Virus record (IMG/VR): IMGVR_UViG_3300021514_000002
Coordinates: 96,001 to 160,000 of that record
Direction: 5' to 3' (one strand)
Length of the DNA stretch: 64,000 nt
Origin: a virus
Lineage: Duplodnaviria; Caudoviricetes
The notes under the pieces were generated by a model. That model was given only the letters and a program-made list of their open reading frames with translations, made no database searches and was not told the DNA's origin. Both the position numbers and the translations under genes were made by a program. Shown piece by piece: positions 10,085 through 19,771 of this stretch. How positions within the stretch are numbered: position 1 is the stretch's first letter; each line of letters starts with the position of its first letter.

Positions 10085-10632
10085 TCATTCTTCTTCCATT
10101 AATAGTTTCAGGTTTTTTAGCGTTCTTTCTTCAAGTTGGCGAATTCGTTCCATAGAAACCCCATACTTTTCAGAAAGATCTTTTAATGTGAGGGGAATAT
10201 CTATGAATTTCCGCCAGTGATTTGCATTTTTCGTAAATTGAAAAATAGCTTACGTTGTGGTTTTGTAGTAGCAACTTTTGATATCTTCCAATTATTCACA
10301 ACATATTCATATATTTCAGCCTTAATATAATGGACGGCATATGAAGTCAATTTTCCTTTATCTGGCTCAAACCGATGAACAGCTTTCATTAAACCAACGT
10401 TACCTTCTTGGATTAAATCTTCCAATGGTAAACCATAGTTTACGTATTTTTTAGCAATATAGACGACAAATCGTAAATGCGCTAAGACCATTTTCTGTGC
10501 TGCATCTAAGTCGTCATTATATATAAGACGATTCGCAAGTTCAACTTCTTCTTCCCTTGTCAACATAGGAATTTGTCCCAATGACGCCAAATAAGAACTT
10601 AAATTTCCTGTCGTGGTTAATCCTGTATTCAT
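10085..10632 (-). pseudogene. rpoH: RpoH (sigma32)-derived gene: regions 1.2-2.4 plus RpoH box, then a region 4.2 HTH in the -1 frame; region 3/4.1 absent
   Basis: [23 protein letters not shown] and [16 protein letters not shown] precede TAG at 10203-10201. The -1 frame reads LTLKDLSEKYGVSMERIRQLEERTLKNLK, with TGA at 10087-10085. Confidence 0.8.
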
Positions 10633-11101
10633 TTAATCCTCAACTAATCGATGTTGTATTACAAATTCACTACCAAAAGAAGTGACAAATTGCAATACAT
10701 TGGGTTTTTCGACGCGAATCGCACCATATTGCACATCAAATCCACAACTAAAGTCTTCGCCTATGATTGCGAAGTATGCAGAATCGTTGCCATTGGGTTC
10801 AAGTGTTATGTCTGTAATACGTGTTGAGGTTGTTTCATCCAAATCAATTTCGGTGAGTATTCCGCCAATCCACTTGCTTTTATTATCAATAAATCCATTC
10901 CACATTGGATATGTTTTGCCGTTTATTTCTTTCATTTGTTCTACCTATTAATTTCAAAGTCAAAATATACAGTATTCTGACCTATATGTCAAGTCTAACA
11001 TGCCTTTGTGTTAGAACTCTTGACATAGCGTTTGGTTTCTGTTAGGGTAATAAAGTTAGTAAAATATATTGTAACATTATCACAACATAAGGTATAAACA
11101 A

Positions 11102-11635
11102 ATGACTAAAAAGAAAGATATTAAATGGAAATACATGAAGTTAGACGGTGCATTAAACCGTAACTATAAAGTTTCAGATCAAGGCGACATCGTTGCTTCT
11201 ACAACAATGAAACCATTAACCCAGAGCGACATGGGTAAAAAATGTGCAAAGAATGGCACAGATTACAAGAGTGTAAGTATTGTAGGCCGTAAAAATGGAG
11301 TTCGAGTTCACCGTATCGTGTGTGAAACTTTCCGTGGTGCTCCAAAGGGCGATAGAACCCAAGTTGGCCATCTTGACGAACACAAAGATAACAACGCGTT
11401 ATCTAATCTAAAATGGATTTCGCCAACAGAACGCTCCCGCGCTTATTTCGCCAACAACACCCTACCACGTTACACAACCGCTGTTGTTGTCCGTACTAAA
11501 AAGATGATCAACAAAGGTTTAACAAACGATAAAATTGCCCAAAAAACAGGCATGAGCGATTCTAACGTATCTGCGATTAAATTAGGCATCATCCATTCAG
11601 AAGTTAAACCATATACATCAAACCAGTTCGGTTAA
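11102..11635 (+). CDS. HNH endonuclease-like protein with C-terminal HTH
   Basis: VHRIVCETF...VGHLDEHKDNNALSNLKW motif. Confidence 0.75.
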   Translation: MTKKKDIKWKYMKLDGALNRNYKVSDQGDIVASTTMKPLTQSDMGKKCAKNGTDYKSVSIVGRKNGVRVHRIVCETFRGAPKGDRTQVGHLDEHKDNNALSNLKWISPTERSRAYFANNTLPRYTTAVVVRTKKMINKGLTNDKIAQKTGMSDSNVSAIKLGIIHSEVKPYTSNQFG

Positions 11636-11965
11636 TATGTTAGCATCGAAAGAAGAATACAAGGATTTGTTAGAAGAAACTAAGGACAAGGATTTGTCCG
11701 CTTTGGATGATACGGTTAAAAATACTGTTTCCAATATCATTTCCCGCGCACGAGAAAGGCGCAGCGATGGCAAGGAAATTTCCGATCCTTTATTGAATAC
11801 ATTAATTGAACAGTTGAGTAAAACAGTTAGGAATCGTAATAACCTTGAACATTTTCTTGAAAGTATCGCATGGTATGAAGAATATACTAGAAATAGGTAA
11901 TTAAAAGCTTGCATTTTACAAATATTTAGGTTACAATGGTGTATATTTGATAATTAGGATATTTT

Positions 11966-12982
11966 ATGAAACTTTTAACACACATCGGACTCATCTTACT
12001 GTTACTATGTAATGTAGCAACTGCCGAAGAATTTTCAATTGGTATTAAAGAAGCTAAACCCCTTGCTTATCAGGAAAACGGACAATGGAAAGGTATTAGT
12101 GTTGATTTAATTCAAGAACTTTCCAAAGAAATGAATTTTACTTATAAGTTCGTTTCCGTTAATAACATTACATCTTTAATAGATGCATCATCTAATGGTG
12201 CTGTTGATATGTCAATCGCTGCAATATCATTAACCCCTGAACGCGAAGAAGTTATTGATTTCTCGCACAAATACTTTACCACATCCATTGGTATCCTATC
12301 GAATGTAAATGATTCTTGGATAGACACTATATTATGGGTAATATCAAGGGTTGCATTAATTTTAATCGGATTTATTATCTCACTTTATGTAGTAGGCTAT
12401 ATCATTGATAAGGTTGATGGTAATGCCAATATTAAATCGCCACATGATGGTGCATGGTGGGCATTAGTAACTTTTACTACAACAGGGTATGGTGATGTTG
12501 TTCCGAAGACGAGCGCAGGTAAAGTCCTTGCGTCCATTTGGATGATAGCCAGTTTATTTTTATTATCAGCGTTTACAGGTTACGTGGCATCGGTTTTAAC
12601 TGTTAAAAATTTAACTGATACGCCAATGACACTTTCCACTCTATATAACGCTAACGTAGTTGCCGTTAACGGCTCTACTGGCCAACAGCGACTAAATGCT
12701 CTTGGTATTAAACACATTACGGTACCTGATCTTGAAATGGGATTAGAATTATTTAAATCTGGCAAAGTAAATGCCGTAGTACATGATGATACTATGTTAA
12801 ATTATGCAGCAAAATCAATGGATAATGTTCTAGTATCGTCTATCGCTAATAGCGAAGAAGATTATGCAATTACATTACCACCAAATTCCAAGTTGACACG
12901 CCGTGTTAATTTAGGTATACTACGCGTTCTTGCTTCCCCTACGTGGAAAGCGATTCGTTCACAATATAACGTCCTACAATAG
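11966..12982 (+). CDS. GluR0-like ligand-gated potassium channel (SBP lobe-TM-pore-TM-SBP lobe)
   Basis: Signal peptide, SBP family 3 features (GISVDL, VDMSIAAISLTPERE..IDFS..Y), WWALVTFTTTGYGD K+ filter, and a second SBP lobe. Confidence 0.85.
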   Translation: MKLLTHIGLILLLLCNVATAEEFSIGIKEAKPLAYQENGQWKGISVDLIQELSKEMNFTYKFVSVNNITSLIDASSNGAVDMSIAAISLTPEREEVIDFSHKYFTTSIGILSNVNDSWIDTILWVISRVALILIGFIISLYVVGYIIDKVDGNANIKSPHDGAWWALVTFTTTGYGDVVPKTSAGKVLASIWMIASLFLLSAFTGYVASVLTVKNLTDTPMTLSTLYNANVVAVNGSTGQQRLNALGIKHITVPDLEMGLELFKSGKVNAVVHDDTMLNYAAKSMDNVLVSSIANSEEDYAITLPPNSKLTRRVNLGILRVLASPTWKAIRSQYNVLQ

Positions 12983-12992
12983 GAGATACACA

Positions 12993-14672
12993 ATGTTTAA
13001 GAAATTAATCACTACGTTTTTAACAGCGGCCATTGTAATTGGCTTTACTATGCCAATTATGGTTACCGACGCAGGCGCGAAAGGCTTTAGAAGTAGTAGC
13101 AGCTTTTCACGTTCAAGTTTTCGGTCATCAAGTTCCGCAAAAAGTTCTAGAAAGATGTTTTCATCATATAGATCAAAATCAAACAATTCATCAAAGAAAC
13201 GCTTTTCTACATCAAAAGCAAAATCAACTTCTTCTTCAAATAAGAAGTATGCCACCAATAAGCGCGTTTCCAGTAATAAATTTACAGGAAATAAACAGAC
13301 TTCTGGTTATAAAAAAGTAGGGGCTGGAAAACAAACCCGCCGAGCTAAATCAGCCTTACGATCACAACGTGCCAAGTTTAAGAAGCCTTCTTATAGTTCA
13401 ACAGGTAAAATATCATCTGCCAAATATAAGCAATCTTATGGTAACCGTGCGTCATATCGTCGCGCTTCAAGCTATGATCGTAGCACCTATCATACCCGCC
13501 GTAACCAATATTATGGAGGTTATAGTGCACCTAGATACGCGTATTATGGTTCACCGTCGTATGGTATGTGGGATACAATTTTCTTGTACAGTATGTTAAG
13601 TAGCATGAACAATAATAGTAACGCTTCACAATTCGCATATAATCATCAAAACGATGCTGACTATCGTCAATGGCGTCGTGAAGCTAATAAACAAGCGCAA
13701 GAAAATGCTGAACTTCGTGCACAACTTGCACAAATGGATGCAGGTGCTTCTAAATATAAAGGTAACCCAATCAATGCAGATTTCATCCCTACTGGGGTTG
13801 ATGCCGATGTTGCTATGTCGCAAGAAGTACTTGCTTCACAGAAACCAAACTTACGTGTTTGTGTAGGTAGTAAGAATGGTACATACTTCCGTGTAACGGC
13901 AGGCGTATTAATGCAGGGCATTAATTCTGTTAATATTATTCCTGTTATAACCACAGGTACTGGTGAAATTCTTGATAACGTTGCATCTGGTAAGTGTGAT
14001 GCGGGTTTTGTGCAAGCTGATGGTTACTGGAACTATGTTGAAACAAACCAAGTCACTTCATTACCATTTGAACGCGTTAGTTCACCTTATAAAGAAGCGG
14101 TTCATTTAATTTGTAACGCAAAAGGTCCAACTGCAATTAGCAAACTTTCTTCAAAGAATAAAGTTTGGTTCCCTGCTAAGTCAGGTGCTGCTGAAACATG
14201 GAAGAACTTCATTGGTGAAGACTCTGACTATGGAAAGATCCAAACTGTGTTAACAAACAAGTCTATGACTGTTGGTTCATATGAAGAAGCTATCATGAAA
14301 GTTGGCAATGATAAAAATTCTTGTGCAATGTATGTTGGTGCACCAGGCGCTTCTAAATTAGTACGTAATATCGATGCAGCGGCAAAGAAATCAAATCTCG
14401 TATTGATTGATATTAACGACAATGACCTAAATGATACTACCGATCCATCAGGTTCATCAGTTTATAAATTTGGTGACATTGATGCGTATAAGCAATTGAA
14501 CCGTCAAGCAAGTTGTTATGGTTGGTGTTCAGGTGATATCCAAAGTCTTTATGTTAATGCTGATTTCATTGTATCCAATAAGTGGAAGAAAGTTAACAGT
14601 ACTACATATCCATCATTAGCAGTTGACCTAATGGGTATGCAACCTGAAATTGAAACTGCAATTCGTTATTAA
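12993..14672 (+). CDS. Exported protein: Ser/Arg/Lys/Tyr-rich low-complexity region fused to a TAXI-type solute-binding domain
   Basis: SD AGGAG then MFKKLITT at 12993. C-terminal half has GSKNGTY, GTGEIL..VASGKCDAGFVQAD and YKEAVHLI. Confidence 0.65.
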   Translation: MFKKLITTFLTAAIVIGFTMPIMVTDAGAKGFRSSSSFSRSSFRSSSSAKSSRKMFSSYRSKSNNSSKKRFSTSKAKSTSSSNKKYATNKRVSSNKFTGNKQTSGYKKVGAGKQTRRAKSALRSQRAKFKKPSYSSTGKISSAKYKQSYGNRASYRRASSYDRSTYHTRRNQYYGGYSAPRYAYYGSPSYGMWDTIFLYSMLSSMNNNSNASQFAYNHQNDADYRQWRREANKQAQENAELRAQLAQMDAGASKYKGNPINADFIPTGVDADVAMSQEVLASQKPNLRVCVGSKNGTYFRVTAGVLMQGINSVNIIPVITTGTGEILDNVASGKCDAGFVQADGYWNYVETNQVTSLPFERVSSPYKEAVHLICNAKGPTAISKLSSKNKVWFPAKSGAAETWKNFIGEDSDYGKIQTVLTNKSMTVGSYEEAIMKVGNDKNSCAMYVGAPGASKLVRNIDAAAKKSNLVLIDINDNDLNDTTDPSGSSVYKFGDIDAYKQLNRQASCYGWCSGDIQSLYVNADFIVSNKWKKVNSTTYPSLAVDLMGMQPEIETAIRY

Positions 14673-14681
14673 GGAAATATA

Positions 14682-15350
14682 ATGTTATCATATTTGAAAA
14701 AGAAACTCGGCATGGAAAAGGAAGTTCCTGCCGCCGAACGGTTTTATTCACCACTAAGGATTGGTTTGCATAGTACTATTGATATGTCTACTGTTGATTG
14801 GTTAATGGCGCAAGAAGGATTGAACAAATCCATGAAGCTTCCCGTACCAACATTTACAATTCTTGCAATCGGTGAATCAGATGTTGATGGTGATACAATA
14901 TACAACATCTACATGATCGATCAAGCCGATGAAGAGTTTATATTACAATTATTTTGTGTAACAAAATCTGGTACAATGAATGTTGTTGAAGCCACTTTGT
15001 TTAAACAAGTTGTAAATATAGTTCCATTGACTGAAAGTGATTGGTCTGAAAACATGGATGCAATTGGATTCAATACTATCGAATTGGATGACAATACATA
15101 CAATAGATTGTGGTCAGAAGATTATGATGGTAAAATTGATTTAATTGACTTTAATGAGAAAGTTGTTGAATCTGATAAGATAACAAGTTATACTAACCAC
15201 TACATGCTGTACAGCAGAAAGTTCATTGGTATTACTGGTACAGAAGAAACAGAAATGCTGCTCGCTGGTGTTGAAGAAACAGACGAAACAGCTGAAATCA
15301 CGATGATGTTGGGACTACCTGTTCCATTGTCAAATATTAATATACAATAA
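14682..15350 (+). CDS. DUF2491 (YjfK)-like protein
   Basis: Acidic 222-aa protein with ..Y.RLW.. and MLY.R motifs and a terminal I..MLG..V; adjacent to a PspA-like gene. Confidence 0.55.
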   Translation: MLSYLKKKLGMEKEVPAAERFYSPLRIGLHSTIDMSTVDWLMAQEGLNKSMKLPVPTFTILAIGESDVDGDTIYNIYMIDQADEEFILQLFCVTKSGTMNVVEATLFKQVVNIVPLTESDWSENMDAIGFNTIELDDNTYNRLWSEDYDGKIDLIDFNEKVVESDKITSYTNHYMLYSRKFIGITGTEETEMLLAGVEETDETAEITMMLGLPVPLSNINIQ

Positions 15351-15362
15351 AGGATACAAATT

Positions 15363-16118
15363 ATGTTAGGTAAATTTTTTAAACATTACGGTAAAAGTAA
15401 GATCCAACAGGGAATCCAATCATTAAATGATGCTATTGTATCATTTGATCCAGAAGGCGCTACAAGCGCAGCCATTGCTGAAATGGAAGAAAATTTTGAT
15501 TCTATTAATAAAGAATTTTCTAAAGCTAAACAAGAATGGGCACGTGAACAGAAAGAAGCAGATGAAATTGAAAAGCTTCGTGACCAACGCATGGCTGCAG
15601 CAGAACATATTTCTGGTCAATTAGAAGCCAGTCCAGACAATGCACAATTAGATGCTGCATTGACGCAATTGCTTGATTCGCTGGAAGAAATGGCCGACGA
15701 TATTACGCGCGAAGTTGAAGAAGCTGTTGACGCTAAAGAAGTTATGGATGAACTGGATTTAACTGTTAAGATGTATGCTGATAAGTTGAAGTCTGCACGT
15801 TCTGATATGAAGAAAGCAGCTAATTCAATGAAGAAAGCTCAACGTCAAGAAGAACGCGCTGAAGAAAAAGCCGCGCGTGCTGCACAACAAGCAGGTATTA
15901 CAAGTTCTGCTAATGGTTTATCATCCGCACTTGAATCTATGAACCGTCAAGCACAAGAAGCACAAGCCAATGCCGATGCCGCAAAACGCAAGGCTCAACT
16001 TTTAGGTAAGTCAGAAGTTGAAGAAAACGATGCTATTGCCGCAGCCATGGCCGCTGTTTCAGGCGAAGCACCAAAGCCAACGTCTGCAAAAGATCGTCTT
16101 GCTGCGCTTCGTAAGTAA
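15363..16118 (+). CDS. PspA/IM30-like coiled-coil protein
   Basis: Long Ala/Glu/Gln-rich heptad helix, 251 aa, terminal DRLAALRK. Confidence 0.6.
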   Translation: MLGKFFKHYGKSKIQQGIQSLNDAIVSFDPEGATSAAIAEMEENFDSINKEFSKAKQEWAREQKEADEIEKLRDQRMAAAEHISGQLEASPDNAQLDAALTQLLDSLEEMADDITREVEEAVDAKEVMDELDLTVKMYADKLKSARSDMKKAANSMKKAQRQEERAEEKAARAAQQAGITSSANGLSSALESMNRQAQEAQANADAAKRKAQLLGKSEVEENDAIAAAMAAVSGEAPKPTSAKDRLAALRK

Positions 16119-16130
16119 GTAAAAACTGAT

Positions 16131-16160
16131 AAAAGGGAGGCACTATGCCTCCCTTTTTAT
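16131..16160 (+). terminator. Rho-independent terminator ending the channel-PspA unit
   Basis: aaaagggaggca-cta-tgcctccctttttat. Confidence 0.85.
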
Positions 16161-16174
16161 TTCGAGGAAATAGA

Positions 16175-16465
16175 ATGGAACACTTTAATAAATTATCACC
16201 CAGTGAAGCAGAACGTCTTGCTATATTGCTTGAAGAAATGGGCGAAGCACAACAGGCCATTGGAAAGATATTACGCCATGGTTATGAAAGCACACATCCT
16301 GATGGTGGCGAAACCAATCGTGAAATGCTTGAAAGAGAATTAGGCGATGTTCACTACGCCGTTGTTAATCTTTATGTATGTAATGACATAAACGAAGTCG
16401 CTGTGCATGAAGCAGCTCGGGAAAAATCTGAAAACATAACGAAATATTTACATCACAATGAATAA
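16175..16465 (+). CDS. MazG-like nucleotide pyrophosphohydrolase
   Basis: LLEEMGEAQQAIGK...LERELGDV (EExxE...ExxD). SD GAGG upstream of ATG 16175. Confidence 0.7.
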   Translation: MEHFNKLSPSEAERLAILLEEMGEAQQAIGKILRHGYESTHPDGGETNREMLERELGDVHYAVVNLYVCNDINEVAVHEAAREKSENITKYLHHNE

Positions 16466-19036
16466 AATTACAACCACTATCAAAGCTGCCTTCGCTAAAT
16501 ATTTTTATCCAATTACAGCTACGGTAAATTGGTTCAAAAGATTAAATTATATCGTTAATCATTACGATCAAGACAAGATTGAAATGATAGGTAAATTAGA
16601 ATATGCTGAATCAAACGCCGCTGAAGCAGTACAATTAATTAAAGAACGTACTAATATTCATGCTGATGTTGATGTTAAGTTAAATACTCCAACACAAGTT
16701 ATTGCCATTGGTCGTTACAGGAATCATGACTATATTCAGGTATTTTCTATACATGCTAATGACTTTAGTGAATTAGTACTTCGGCTAAAAAGCATGGAAA
16801 AATATGGCAATCTTCAACGCATTGATTCGCCTATTGAATTACGTGGTGTTTTTGAACGGGATGTTAGTTGGTAAATTATAACTTACTTGTTAATTTATCA
16901 ATAGTTGCTTGTTGTTCTTCAATCTTTCCTTCTTGCTGCAATAGAACGCTATTGACTTCAACTAATAATTTAATCGTCGGCGTATTAAGCTCTGAACTAA
17001 GCCCCATTATATGATTAGTTATTCTTTCTGAAATTTTATTAAGACTCATAAAGTTTAGAAACCTCATAACACCATTGACACTGACAAACTTCACCATCAT
17101 TATCATAATAAGCGCCTGATTTATCACCACATTGTGGACAGTTAGCAACGTCAAGTAAAGTTTTAGCTTCGTTAAGTTGTTCTGTTTGTTGCAGTAATGC
17201 TTTCTTTACTTCTTCATAGAAACCAACGTCTGCAAACTTACGTGTTGCCGTCGCGTATTCAATAAACGCATCCAAACCATTTAATACTTTATTCATTGTA
17301 TATTCTCCATAAATTTTATTCTTCTAAAGCCCATAGTAATCTGATTATTTCAACGGCTGCTTTACTTCTAGCGGTTGATTTACTAGGACACCCGCAATCG
17401 CATGGTTCCCATAAGAATTCATCCTTATTATCTTGTACAATTTCTACAATAGCTTTATGTATTTTAAGCTCTTGTTTAAGTTTAATATTTTCTAGTTCAA
17501 GATCTGATGGTTCAAAGTAATCATCAAATGTTGGAATTTTTGGCCATTTCTGTTTATCATTTTCCATATTATAACACATCCCAGAAAGTAATCCACCAAG
17601 CTGTTCGTTGGCTTCCTTTCTTAAAATGTATTAATCCATCTTTATAATACATTTGCATTGGTGGTTCAAATGGCCGTTTACTGTTTGCTATTTTTACAGC
17701 AACAACAACTTTATTAATTAAGGTTAATATTACCATCAAAGACATGAAAATTGCAAATATTGCAATAACATTTTCACCATTTAATATTTTATCCATTATA
17801 TATCTCCCATGCTGCAGTAATAATCGCATCTTCTCTGGAGATTTTTGATATTACACATCCTGATACATTATCCAAGACATTAGCTTTATAATTAACGACC
17901 CATGTATTGTCCATAGGGAGTTCATTCTGTTCAATTTCAATATATTTAAATAAATCAAATAACTTTAATAATTGATCATTGTTTGTATAGGGATCTGGCA
18001 TTGATTCAAGGCAATAAGTGTAATGACCAAAAACTCTTGGTTCATTTGTCTCAACAAATACATCTATATCGCATACACATTCTCTTAGATACACAGGCCA
18101 AAGAATCGTGCGTTTATCTTCTTTCTGCCATGGATCAATTACTATTTGCCCAGATTCAAAATCTGGCGAACATAATGCAGTACCAAGTATTTGTAATCCT
18201 TGTGCTGTATAAATTGTTTTAAGTTTATCTATTTGCATATTGTTATCTAATAGTTTAATTTTTCCGCAAGAGTTTTAGCATATTCAATTTGTTGTTCAAT
18301 GTCTTCAAAGTCACCATTAACGTAAAGACGGACATCGTGCGTGAAGTCTTCTGATCCAATAAAAACTTCACCGCGCTCAGAACCAACTTCCCATTCTTTT
18401 GTTTCATTTCTTTTCTTATTCATTTTTAACCCTTGCTATTTTCTCAAACATTTCTAGGCCACAATTTTGGCACAGGTCAACTTCAACTGTATTCATATCA
18501 CCCCATACTGAACTGTAACCACCTGTAAAGTCTATATGAATAAACTCTTGTATATTCATAATATCATCATATACTTTTTTACATTTATCACATTCGATGG
18601 AAGTTATTTGTTTATATGTAGTTGGAACATCTTTAGTGTGTATCATAATGTTTAATTCCCCTCTTCCATATCTAACATTATTCTAATGTAAATATATACA
18701 ATTACTACTACCCCTGTTGGCACTATAGATATAAGTACAAGTGACACCGGCATCTCATTCCACATATGAAGAACTACCCCATCGGCTCTACTAAAGTATA
18801 ATAGTGTTGTTAAAAATACACCAAGACATAATATGATAAGGATATCAACGCGTTTCATCTTCAATCCTGAAGTTTGCACGACCATTTTCTACAATATCAT
18901 CGACGAAATCTAAACACATGTCAATTTCTTCTGGTGTGGCATCATATAAATCATCTGAATATCTAATCACCTCACGATCAATATATCCTTTATCAACATA
19001 ATGTAGTGCTATCTTTTTTAATTCTGCTTCGGTCAT
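16458..19036. other. Run of small hypothetical phage ORFs (16458..16874 on +, remainder on -)
   Basis: Packed or overlapping ORFs 17039..17296, 17316..17579, 17569..17829, 17789..18238, 18416..18646, 18652..18885 and 18845..19036. Confidence 0.55.
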
Positions 19037-19056
19037 AATTATTATTCCTAAAAAGA

Positions 19057-19144
19057 TGACAAGATGTCGGTGGCTTGGTGGTAATCCTGCAAGTACAAGC
19101 CCGTTAATGCTTCCATCTTGTGCTAGGATGCCAACATCTTGTCA
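19057..19144 (-). ncRNA. 88-nt long hairpin RNA candidate directly downstream of tRNA-like RNA A
   Basis: Terminal 11-bp stem TGACAAGATGT/ACATCTTGTCA with inner ATCCT/AGGAT and CAAG/CTTG stems. Confidence 0.5.
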
Positions 19145-19148
19145 AAAC

Positions 19149-19272
19149 TGGCGGACGGGTAGGACGTTACCCCTACTGCTCTCTTTCTACTGAATCCGAT
19201 TCCCCGCTTAAGTTCAGGGTTCGCGCGATGGACTTGCCCTCGCTGCATGTCTAACTTTCCACACTGCCGTCC
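19149..19272 (-). ncRNA. tRNA-like RNA A (124 nt, CCA end)
   Basis: GGACGG...GTAGG-loop-CCTAC-CCGTCC-G-CCA with a D-arm-like GTGTGGAAAGTTAGACAT; has its own sigma70 promoter. Confidence 0.65.
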
Positions 19273-19286
19273 ATAAAATATTTTAT

Positions 19287-19357
19287 ATCTTACCATACTA
19301 TTAACTACCGTGTCAACTACAATAGTTCTTGACAATTAGGTTATGATTTGATATAGT
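19287..19357. promoter_or_regulatory. Divergent sigma70 promoter pair
   Basis: Minus strand TTGACA-18-TAAGAT (19316..19287); plus strand TTGACA-17-TATAGT (19329..19357) carrying the ATTAGGTTA box. Confidence 0.75.
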
Positions 19358-19407
19358 AAGGCTGTGAAATAAACATTGAATTAAAACGTAAAGGTCTTAA
19401 ACAACAT

Positions 19408-19762
19408 ATGCATATTAACACTATACTAACAGATAGAACTAATCTTAACAATTATTTGTTCATATCTTTAATCGTGATGAATATTTTTGATTTTATTACA
19501 ACCTATATAGGTATTATGTATTTTGGTGCAAGAGAAGTGAATCTTGTTATGGCTACAGCCATTGAACTAGTCGGCACAGTATGGGCAATCTTTGGGGGTG
19601 AAGGCATTGGTTTTTGGATATATCTATTATCATTATTACCATACAGTCAAAGGAAAGACGTTATGGGTAACTCCAAGAACAACGTGGTTCCTTGTTGGAT
19701 TTAATATAATGTTTTTAGGTGTGGTTATCAATAACCTTGTTCGTATTTCGATGAAAATGTAA
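19408..19762 (+). pseudogene. DUF5658-like membrane protein split by a frameshift at a G5 run
   Basis: NIFDFITTY..GAREVN motif. Removing one G at 19594-19598 restores ..FGVKALVFG...VVINNLVRISMKM*. Confidence 0.55.
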
Positions 19763-19771
19763 GGAAATAAA

